A stretch of 47,888 bases of DNA from a virus (IMGVR_UViG_3300015263_000331:1-47888), one strand, 5' to 3'. Numbered from the stretch's first letter, positions 1-5,790 are shown. A program made the numbers and translations. The notes: generated by a model from the sequence alone, not told the origin.

Positions 1-143
1 GACTGTGTGAGCTGGGAGTTGCGGGGCCGGGTCTTCGAGTAGCGCTTCCCGCCGTAGCGGAACTTCCACCAGAAGTACGGCTCACCTGCCTTGACGGCTG
101 GGTTGTCCTTGCGGGCCTTTTTCACGTAATGAACACGTGGCAT
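1..143 (-). CDS. Early phage hypothetical protein, 5' part only (MPRVHYVKKARKDNPAVKAGEPYFWWKFRYGGKRYSKTRPRNSQLTQ...), runs off the left edge
   Basis: ATG at 143-141 preceded by SD CAGAGGAG (158-151); frame open to the window edge; hand-translated, not in the ORF track. Confidence 0.85.
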   Translation of the reverse strand, partial: MPRVHYVKKARKDNPAVKAGEPYFWWKFRYGGKRYSKTRPRNSQLTQ

Positions 144-166
144 GGTGTATCTCCTCTGTTGATGAT

Positions 167-235
167 GATCCTGTCTCTTCAGAGTGGGTAGGATCGGATT
201 CCCACTGACCCCGGTCCTCAGCCGGGGTTTCGACA
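167..235 (-). ncRNA. Hammerhead ribozyme HHR1, type II with pseudoknot
   Basis: Minus strand reads UGUC-GAAA-CCCCGG(CUGAGGA)CCGGGG-UC/AGUGGG(AAUCCGAUCCUA)CCCACU-CUGAAGA-GACA-GGAUC. Full CUGANGA/GAAA/NUH core and three stems; loop I GAUCC pairs with 3' tail GGAUC. Predicted cut between 207 and 206. Confidence 0.95.
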
Positions 236-1024
236 TTACCCTTCCCAGTCGTCAGCCGTGATGGCGGGCTTCTGGGGCACGAACCCGGTGACACGGTCCA
301 TGAGATCATGGAGGCGGATCGTCCGGGGCATCAACTCGATCAGCGACACGCCCTTGTTGGCGGGCTTCAGGGCCTCGGTGGCGGCGTTGAACATGCGCCA
401 TGCGGTCTGCTCGCCGTGGTCGTAGGACGGCTCGTCCCACTCCTGCACGACCTTACCGACCCGGCTGGGGTTGATCACCTCGGACCGCAGCATGTCGACG
501 ATGATGTGGTCGGCCTGCCGCTTGTCCTTGATCCGGTACTCGCGATAGTGCTCCCAGCGGGCCTCCTGATTGACCTTGTAGAGCTGGGTCTGGTTGACCG
601 CATTGCCGATCAGGTCAGGCAGGTCGCGCATGATGTGGACCGTGTGCTTGCGGCTGAAACGAATCTCAGCCGAGAACGCAAGGTTGTCACACACGAAGAC
701 GTGTGAGCCGAAGCCCATCGCAGCCGGGAAGCTCTTGTCGATCGAGTTCCGAATGCCGACGACCAGCGCGAACTCTTCCTGAACTGAGCTTCCATTCAGA
801 AGCTCGATCAGGCCGAAGTACCGGGCCTTGTCGTGGGTCAGGCTGTGCGCCTGATTGCCGAAACGAAAGCCCATCGCCTGCAGCCGCTCTTCGGCCATAT
901 CCACGACGGTCTGGTGACCGACCGGAAAGTAGGTGTCCGTAGCCGGAGGCAGGACGATTCCTTCAAGCTCTTCGCGCTCGACGTGGCTGGCACCGCAGTG
1001 CAGCATAAGGTTTGCTCTTGCCAT
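236..1024 (-). CDS. DUF932-family protein
   Basis: 262 aa with motif GIRNSIDKSFPAAMGFGSHVFVCDNLAFS...RKHT and C-terminal AWRMFNAATEALK, typical of DUF932; SD CAGAGGAG at 1039-1032. Confidence 0.85.
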   Translation of the reverse strand: MARANLMLHCGASHVEREELEGIVLPPATDTYFPVGHQTVVDMAEERLQAMGFRFGNQAHSLTHDKARYFGLIELLNGSSVQEEFALVVGIRNSIDKSFPAAMGFGSHVFVCDNLAFSAEIRFSRKHTVHIMRDLPDLIGNAVNQTQLYKVNQEARWEHYREYRIKDKRQADHIIVDMLRSEVINPSRVGKVVQEWDEPSYDHGEQTAWRMFNAATEALKPANKGVSLIELMPRTIRLHDLMDRVTGFVPQKPAITADDWEG

Positions 1025-1050
1025 GGTAGTTCTCCTCTGTTGAAGTGTGT

Positions 1051-1113
1051 TTGGCAGTCTCTTCAGACCCGGAATGCCAATCCGGGTGACGCCCCCTCCG
1101 GGGCGTTTCGACT
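1051..1113 (-). ncRNA. Hammerhead ribozyme HHR2, type II with pseudoknot
   Basis: Minus strand reads AGUC-GAAA-CGCCCC(GGAG)GGGGCG-UC/ACCCGGA(UUGGCAU)UCCGGGU-CUGAAGA-GACU-GCCAA. Loop I UUGGC pairs with tail GCCAA. Predicted cut between 1088 and 1087. Confidence 0.95.
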
Positions 1114-1204
1114 AGTGTGTGAACAGATAGCCAAGGCTCAGCCAGATGGCCGAGTAGGCAGCGATGGCAGCGTAGGCTTGGGCAAGCGGGATGCGGTATT
1201 TCAT
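1112..1204 (-). CDS. 30-aa hydrophobic membrane peptide (MKYRIPLAQAYAAIAAYSAIWLSLGYLFTH)
   Basis: ATGA overlap with the upstream stop, SD GAGGTG, one hydrophobic stretch; its TAG overlaps the start of HHR2. Confidence 0.65.
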   Translation of the reverse strand: MKYRIPLAQAYAAIAAYSAIWLSLGYLFTH

Positions 1205-1413
1205 GATCCCACCTCACAAGCCTTCAGGAAGCGCTCACGATCGAAGTTGGGGTTCTCGTGGCGGAAGTAGTCCGCCAGCGCTCCAGCCATCGACCTGCGA
1301 GTGGCCTCAGCACCCTTCTTAAAACCGGGTGTCAGGTACTTATCATCAGGATCGAACTTGCGATCACGAACGATGCTTGCGATAGCCTCGAAATGCTTGC
1401 GCGTCATGCTCAT
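1201..1413 (-). CDS. 70-aa early phage protein (MSMTRKHFEAIA...ENPNFDRERFLKAC)
   Basis: True start is the ATG at 1413 after SD CAGAGGAG (1427-1420); the longer ORF-track version runs through HHR3. MTRKHF and NPxFDRERFLxAC motifs recur in small phage proteins. Confidence 0.85.
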   Translation of the reverse strand: MSMTRKHFEAIASIVRDRKFDPDDKYLTPGFKKGAEATRRSMAGALADYFRHENPNFDRERFLKACEVGS

Positions 1414-1431
1414 GTTGGTCTCCTCTGTCGG

Positions 1432-1498
1432 TGGCAGTCTCATCAGTATCGGAATGCCAATCCGATATACCTGCCCCTCCTCTAGGACAGGTTTCAAC
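1432..1498 (-). ncRNA. Hammerhead ribozyme HHR3, type II with pseudoknot, GUA cleavage triplet
   Basis: Minus strand reads GUU-GAAA-CCUGUCC(UAGAGGAG)GGGCAGG-UA/UAUCGGA(UUGGCAU)UCCGAUA-CUGAUGA-GAC-UGCCA. Loop I UGGCA pairs with tail UGCCA. Predicted cut between 1468 and 1467. Confidence 0.92.
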
Positions 1499-1529
1499 GA
1501 TGGCCGGGATTAACCCACACCGGCAGGGT

Positions 1530-1570
1530 CCGTTCACCCTCCCGGCACTAGAAGCCGGGAGGGTTTGCGG
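1530..1570. other. Strong GC-rich intergenic hairpin, possible processing, stability or terminator-like element
   Basis: ACCCTCCCGGC-N7-GCCGGGAGGGT perfect 11-bp inverted repeat (1536-1564), extendable by CCG/CGG; no clear U-tract. Confidence 0.55.
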
Positions 1571-1573
1571 TAG

Positions 1574-2062
1574 CTATACAGCTTCACGCTTGGTGGCTTC
1601 GTCACCAGTGGCGATCTTCAGGGTGAAGTGGAACCCACGGCGCTTCTTCGCCGGGGTGGCTTCGGACTGCGTGTAGCGAACCGTGTCGATGTATTCGACC
1701 AGATCGTCGTCCAGATCAGGCACGAAGTTCCTGATCTTGTAGTGAGCCTCGGGCGGCAGGTAGACCTTGTAGATGCAGTAGCCTTGCGGCTGCATCGTAC
1801 GAGCATTCATATCACGCTCTTCCTGCAGGCGCTGGCACTCCCTGAGAGAGGCATGTGTCTGCCAGTAGGCAGCGCTGCTGGTGAAGAAGTGGTACTCACG
1901 CTTGCGATCTTTTCTCCAGCGGTCCTCGCGGAAGCTAGAGATCACTTCGAGGCAATCCTCGAAATCATCAGCCGTGGCGTCACTGCCAGACTGGCGCAGA
2001 TCGGGGATCAAGGTTTCACGCAGATGGGTGACCAGTGCGTAGATATTGTCGAAGCTATGCAT
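1574..2062 (-). CDS. First early gene, hypothetical protein (162 aa)
   Basis: SD CAGAGGAG at 2076-2069, ATG at 2062; no family recognised. Confidence 0.85.
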   Translation of the reverse strand: MHSFDNIYALVTHLRETLIPDLRQSGSDATADDFEDCLEVISSFREDRWRKDRKREYHFFTSSAAYWQTHASLRECQRLQEERDMNARTMQPQGYCIYKVYLPPEAHYKIRNFVPDLDDDLVEYIDTVRYTQSEATPAKKRRGFHFTLKIATGDEATKREAV

Positions 2063-2084
2063 TTCGTTCTCCTCTGTTGATGGG

Positions 2085-2152
2085 TGGCCTGTCTCATCAG
2101 AGCGGGTAGGCCATCTCCCGCTGACCCCGTCGTGGTGACCGGGGTTTCAACA
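2085..2152 (-). ncRNA. Hammerhead ribozyme HHR4, type II with pseudoknot
   Basis: Minus strand reads UGUU-GAAA-CCCCG(GUCACCACGA)CGGGG-UC/AGCGGG(AGAUGGCCUA)CCCGCU-CUGAUGA-GACA-GGCCA. Loop I UGGCC pairs with tail GGCCA. Predicted cut between 2123 and 2122. Confidence 0.95.
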
Positions 2153-2418
2153 ATCAGAGGAGGAGATTGTTGAGTAGGGCGAGTCGTTACCTTCTGTCCC
2201 CGAGCGGTTTACGGCTTGCTCCGCTTGCCTCGGGAAGGTCGCTACTACCAACGTCGCTTCTACAGGTTCCTGCTGACATTCGCCTTTCGGCCAAGTGGTC
2301 AGACTACGCAGCGTCTTCCCGTCCCCAGTTTCACCGAGTGGGTCTCGTCGAAGTCTTGGCTTCGCTTCCCCGGCCAGTGCCAGATGGGGGCTGTGGGCCG
2401 TGGTCACGTCCTGTGACA
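2153..2418 (-). ncRNA. Structured 5' leader of the early transcript, candidate novel ncRNA
   Basis: About 265 nt between the promoter and HHR4 with no SD-led ORF. Contains a 5' hairpin GUCAC/GUGAC, a GCC-GAAA-GGC tetraloop and a long interrupted stem at 2252-2169. Confidence 0.5.
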
Positions 2419-2424
2419 GCTCCC

Positions 2425-2453
2425 ACTTTAGGGGAACCCAGTTCCCATGTCAA
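2425..2453 (-). promoter_or_regulatory. sigma70-type early promoter (leftward)
   Basis: TTGACA (2453-2448), 17 bp spacer, TAAAGT (2430-2425); A-tract upstream resembles an UP element. Confidence 0.8.
2432..2446. promoter_or_regulatory. Palindromic operator-like site in the promoter spacer
   Basis: Perfect GGGAAC-N3-GTTCCC; a 10/12 match GGGAAA-GGA-GTTCTC lies at 2485-2499. Confidence 0.5.
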
Positions 2454-2542
2454 CTACTTTTTATCCAGATGCTCGATAGGATGTGGGAAAGGAGTTCTCT
2501 CAGGCACTCTTTATATAGAGGTTCGTGTTGCGGGATTCTTCG

Positions 2543-2551
2543 TGCTATAAT
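2543..2551 (+). promoter_or_regulatory. Extended -10 promoter (rightward)
   Basis: TGcTATAAT, a perfect extended -10, about 30 nt upstream of the ATG at 2581. Confidence 0.7.
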
Positions 2552-2580
2552 CGAGTGGAATCAAACACTTGGATCAGGAA

Positions 2581-2754
2581 ATGGCGCAGAATCAAGTACC
2601 TACACGGAAGCCCATACAGCGCAGGACGACGATGAAGCAGCTTGCGGACTGGGGCAATAGGGCTTTACCGCCTGAATCTGAGTTCAAACCGTACCTGTTC
2701 GGAAACGGGACCAAAGAGAAGAAGGCAGGGAAGGGAGCCTACGACGGAAGTTAA
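2581..2754 (+). CDS. Small basic hypothetical protein
   Basis: First ORF after the rightward promoter; AGGA upstream of ATG 2581. Confidence 0.5.
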   Translation: MAQNQVPTRKPIQRRTTMKQLADWGNRALPPESEFKPYLFGNGTKEKKAGKGAYDGS

Positions 2755-2778
2755 ATCGAGCTGCGAACGAGGTGCCAC

Positions 2779-3015
2779 ATGCAAATCACACCTGCGGTCC
2801 GTGCGACCGTGATCACCGAAGTCATCGCCGAGCTTATGAGCTATGGCCACCACTACGCTGCCGGACACGTCAACAGTTGCCGAGAGCGATTGCTTGCACG
2901 CCATGCCGGGGAGTGTGGTCATGTTGTACGAGATAGTACCAACACCGAAGCCGAGGATGACGCAACGCGACAAGTTGCCGTCACGGGTCAAGCCGCCTCG
3001 GCCACCGGTTGCTAG
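2779..3015 (+). CDS. Hypothetical protein
   Basis: SD GAGGTG before the ATG; overlaps the next gene. Confidence 0.45.
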   Translation: MQITPAVRATVITEVIAELMSYGHHYAAGHVNSCRERLLARHAGECGHVVRDSTNTEAEDDATRQVAVTGQAASATGC

Positions 3016-3373
3016 ATACTGGGCGTTCAGGGACGAAGTCCGGTGGAAGATGCAGGGCGTCAAGCTCCATGGATCGTGCGTGGTGTTCTTCATGCCGATG
3101 CCGAAGAGCTGGAGCAAGGCCAAGCGCGAGAAGATGCTGGGCCAACTGCACCAACAGAAGCCAGACCTCAGCAACCTGCTGAAGGCACTGGAGGACTCGC
3201 TCTACGGCGACGACTCCCACATTGCCCACTACGGCAGCTTGACGAAGGTCTGGAGCGAGACAGGCCACATACTGGTCAAGGATGGATGCCAGCATGGCAC
3301 TGAAGTTCTGCAGGCCCTGCGGCGAGCGCTGGGGCGTAGCGAGCATCTGGAACGTGAGTCATTGGGAAGTTGA
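2921..3373 (+). CDS. rusA: RusA-family Holliday junction resolvase
   Basis: PKPRMT...FFMPMPKSWSKAK...KPDLSNLLKALEDSLYGDDSHI RusA catalytic motif; start moved to ATG 2921 after GGGGAG. Confidence 0.9.
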   Translation: MLYEIVPTPKPRMTQRDKLPSRVKPPRPPVARYWAFRDEVRWKMQGVKLHGSCVVFFMPMPKSWSKAKREKMLGQLHQQKPDLSNLLKALEDSLYGDDSHIAHYGSLTKVWSETGHILVKDGCQHGTEVLQALRRALGRSEHLERESLGS

Positions 3374-3503
3374 CGAGTGTGACGGCTGCGGACGCATGAC
3401 CATGACCGCCAAGGCGGGGTACTGGAAGATCACCGTGCAACGTGCCCGAGAGGCACTGGAAGAGAGGAAGGCCAATGAACGACGAGAAGAAACAGATCGC
3501 TGA
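3282..3503 (+). CDS. Small CxxC...CxxC zinc-binding protein
   Basis: CRPC and CDGC motifs; start may be 3294. Confidence 0.55.
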   Translation: MDASMALKFCRPCGERWGVASIWNVSHWEVDECDGCGRMTMTAKAGYWKITVQRAREALEERKANERREETDR

Positions 3504-3798
3504 ACACCTTGAGTTGACTCCTGAAGAGATTCGGGAGTTGGACGAAATCAGCAGCGACAAGGATGGCGTGAAGACGGCCCTTAGGGTGGCTCAGAACTAC
3601 GCTGCCAACGCCCTGTCCCGGCTGCGTCGGAAAGAAAAGAAGTGGTGGAAGGATGTCATGCAGAAGCGAGGCGTCCCGCTACACTCGCATTACGTGGCGG
3701 AGATAGACCACACCATCCCGCATATCAGGGAAGCCACTGAGCAGGAGAAGATGGCACCTAGGGACGCCATCGAGGGCTGGCTGGACAAGAACACATGA
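3475..3798 (+). CDS. Hypothetical protein
   Basis: ATG 3475 after GAGAGGAAGG; ATGA-coupled to the next gene. Confidence 0.7.
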   Translation: MNDEKKQIAEHLELTPEEIRELDEISSDKDGVKTALRVAQNYAANALSRLRRKEKKWWKDVMQKRGVPLHSHYVAEIDHTIPHIREATEQEKMAPRDAIEGWLDKNT

Positions 3799-4211
3799 GG
3801 CAAGAGCTGCCAGTCGCGATCGAGAGGCTGAGGGTCCAGCCACCCGAGTTTCCACGTACCGCTCAAGGTAGCCTGTACGGTGCGTTCTACTGGCCGGAGA
3901 AGAAGATTTACATCATCTCCTCTGGTTCAGGTCCTGAGGCAGGCGGCTGGGAGCACGTCAGTGTGTCGCATGCCAAGCGCACACCGACATGGGATGAGAT
4001 GTGCCGGGTCAAGGATGCCTTCTGGGGTGAGGATGAGACTGTGGTCCAGTTCCACCCGAGAGCATCCGAGTACGTCAACCTGCATCCCCACACGCTGCAC
4101 CTCTGGAAGCGCACTGATGGGGACTACACGTTACCGCCTCACCTGTTCGTGGGGCCAAAGTCAACTGAGGAGAAAGGCAATGATGATGAATCCGAACATG
4201 ACGCTGGCTGA
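3795..4211 (+). CDS. Conserved phage protein (WEHVSVS...PTWDEMCxVKDxFW...QFHP...YVNxHPxxLHLW family; DUF7694-like from memory)
   Basis: Recognisable conserved motif string widespread in phages; function unknown. Confidence 0.8.
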   Translation: MRQELPVAIERLRVQPPEFPRTAQGSLYGAFYWPEKKIYIISSGSGPEAGGWEHVSVSHAKRTPTWDEMCRVKDAFWGEDETVVQFHPRASEYVNLHPHTLHLWKRTDGDYTLPPHLFVGPKSTEEKGNDDESEHDAG

Positions 4212-4470
4212 GTTCGCTGAGGCATTCGGCGCGATCGAGCCAGCACCATGGCAGAAGAAGGCCATGGATGATCTGGCCACGGCTGTTCGAGTGGCTGATA
4301 AGGTCAAGCTGCCATTGAATCGTCGCAGCTACCTACGCATCCACCCATTCCGCCATCCGTTCTACGATGAGCCACGGCATCGCCCCGTACAGGGTGGTCA
4401 CATGGTCAAGGACTGCCGCACGGGTGAAGTGCATGAGCCTCTGATACGCAGGAGGGAGCCATGGGAATGA
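4180..4470 (+). CDS. Hypothetical protein
   Basis: ATG 4180 after GAGGAG. Confidence 0.6.
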   Translation: MMMNPNMTLAEFAEAFGAIEPAPWQKKAMDDLATAVRVADKVKLPLNRRSYLRIHPFRHPFYDEPRHRPVQGGHMVKDCRTGEVHEPLIRRREPWE

Positions 4471-4643
4471 ACGAATTCTCAGGCCGCTGGCCGCTGCACT
4501 CATCCCTCTGGAGCAACGCAGCGCTACCCATGGACACCAGTGTCGTCCGCACCATGTTCAAGTGCCTCACCCTACTCTTCATCCTGACCGTGGGTGACCC
4601 AGACATCATTGACGCCATTGTCATGTGGTTGGGGAGAGCCTGA
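4467..4643 (+). CDS. Small hydrophobic hypothetical protein
   Basis: ATGA coupling; hydrophobic C-terminal half. Confidence 0.5.
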   Translation: MNEFSGRWPLHSSLWSNAALPMDTSVVRTMFKCLTLLFILTVGDPDIIDAIVMWLGRA

Positions 4644-4882
4644 TGAGATACAGCGGACTGCTCACCATGCTGCTCATTGGCTTCCTCCTAGGCATAGGAG
4701 TAGGTAGCGCCATCGAACGTTACAGCACCGCAGCACACTCCACCGGACAGGTCTTCAGCTATACACAAGACCAGATGGATAGAGCACGGGTATACCAGCG
4801 GCAGTGTCTGGGGAATGGAGGGTCACCACGTATCACTGAGTCCTCTGTAGGGGTGCAAATACTCTGCATAGGCGGTAGGTGA
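4643..4882 (+). CDS. Membrane-anchored hypothetical protein
   Basis: TGATG coupling; N-terminal TM segment LLTMLLIGFLLGIGVG. Confidence 0.6.
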   Translation: MRYSGLLTMLLIGFLLGIGVGSAIERYSTAAHSTGQVFSYTQDQMDRARVYQRQCLGNGGSPRITESSVGVQILCIGGR

Positions 4883-4930
4883 TGGGAACTCTGTTCGGGA
4901 ATCGTACACTATAGAAACCGGGGAAATACG

Positions 4931-5197
4931 ATGATCAAAGCGATCGAGATTTTTCAGACGGCCCGACTGGGGTGGGCGGTGACGATTCAAACGGACGACG
5001 AGGACCACCCAGTCCAGAGCCTATTGTTTGATAGCGTGGGCGACATGCTGGCGTGGCAGGGTAAGCATCTGGGTGAGCCTGCGGCCATTGCCTGCTATAG
5101 CCCTGCGGTACTCCACCGCTGGGTTGAGGTCGAGGGGCGGGAGATATGCGCTGACTGTGGCATGCATAAAGCCTATGGTGCTAAGGAGGCGGCGTGA
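4931..5197 (+). CDS. Hypothetical protein with C-terminal C/H metal-binding-like motif
   Basis: GGGGA SD; C..HRW...CADCG motif. Confidence 0.6.
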   Translation: MIKAIEIFQTARLGWAVTIQTDDEDHPVQSLLFDSVGDMLAWQGKHLGEPAAIACYSPAVLHRWVEVEGREICADCGMHKAYGAKEAA

Positions 5198-5277
5198 GCG
5201 TCTACCGGGAGACTGAAGTGGTGCGGTAAGTCAGGTCCGAATAGTGACTGTCCGTACTGTAAAGCCAAGGGAATCCT

Positions 5278-5304
5278 CAACGACAACCGGGAGAGTGAGT
5301 GATG
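5278..5304 (+). repeat. 27-bp direct repeat, copy 1 (copy 2 at 5764-5790)
   Basis: CAACGACAACCGGGAG(A/G)GTGAGTGATG, one mismatch; spans a gene end, SD and the next start. Confidence 0.85.
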
Positions 5305-5430
5305 ATCGAGTATTGGCTGGCGAAAATCACCTGTTTTCTCAGGGGGCATAAATACCAAAAGCCTTTCTTCGGCTGCGTGATCTGCGAGCGGTGCGGCGAT
5401 TGGTACAACGTGGAGAGTGACGATGAGTGA
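5302..5430 (+). CDS. 42-aa DUF1660-like zinc-binding phage peptide
   Basis: MIEYWLAKITCFLRGHKY...CVICERCG; hand-translated; SD GGGAG. Confidence 0.6.
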   Translation: MIEYWLAKITCFLRGHKYQKPFFGCVICERCGDWYNVESDDE

Positions 5431-5788
5431 TCTTATAAAACGTCTACGCAACTACCCAGAACGTCTGGACCATAGTGCCGTGGATTTGTGTGATGAAGCC
5501 GCTGACTATATCCGCGTCCTCGAAGCACAGCTTGAGCGGGTGCGGGGGTTGCCAATGGGACAACTTATCAAGGCGTTGCGTGTTGCGTCCGATGCGCTGG
5601 AAATAGCGGCTGACTGGCATGTTGTGGATGTGCAGGTCTGGCCGCCCGAGGCTTGGAATTTACCGGCCTACGAAGAGGATGCAGCAGAGGGGTGGTGCTC
5701 AACGCAGGCACTCTCCGAAAGATTGGGAAAAGTAGCCGACGAACTGGAAGCCGCCCTTGTTTCCAACGACAACCGGGAGGGTGAGTGA
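5417..5788 (+). CDS. Hypothetical protein, Ead/Ea22-like modular type
   Basis: N-terminal SDLIKRLR...EAADYIRVLEAQL module common in phage accessory genes. Confidence 0.65.
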   Translation: MTMSDLIKRLRNYPERLDHSAVDLCDEAADYIRVLEAQLERVRGLPMGQLIKALRVASDALEIAADWHVVDVQVWPPEAWNLPAYEEDAAEGWCSTQALSERLGKVADELEAALVSNDNREGE

Positions 5789-5790
5789 TG
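5764..5790 (+). repeat. 27-bp direct repeat, copy 2
   Basis: Matches 5278-5304 at 26/27 positions. Confidence 0.85.

Noticed and set aside
82-309. 75-aa minus-strand ORF
   Set aside because: It reads through HHR1 and overlaps two better-supported genes in other frames; no SD.
1414-1497. N-terminal extension of ORF 1201-1497
   Set aside because: It lies within HHR3 and its RBS spacer; the conserved SD points to the ATG at 1413.
1499-1573. Possible HDV-like, twister or twister-sister ribozyme
   Set aside because: The required nested pseudoknots and conserved catalytic segments could not be built on either strand.
151-2152. Intergenic repeats as CRISPR repeats, attC sites, REP elements or terminators
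   Set aside because: The spacers are whole genes, no cas or integrase gene is present and there are no U-tracts; the hammerhead core explains the conserved positions.
2345-2400. Resemblance of the leader to a cobalamin riboswitch (GCCCCC, CACUG..GGGAAG, AGCCA-AGAC)
   Set aside because: The 5' half and a proper B12 box are missing and the spacing is wrong; likely chance.
2147-2407. 86-aa minus-strand ORF in the leader
   Set aside because: GTG start only about 10 nt from the predicted TSS, no SD, and it ends inside HHR4; a structured RNA is the simpler explanation, though translation is not excluded.
2432-2446. LexA (SOS) box
   Set aside because: GAAC-N3-GTTC matches neither the Gram-positive GAAC-N4-GTTC, the gammaproteobacterial CTGT-N8-ACAG nor the alphaproteobacterial GTTC-N7-GTTC box.
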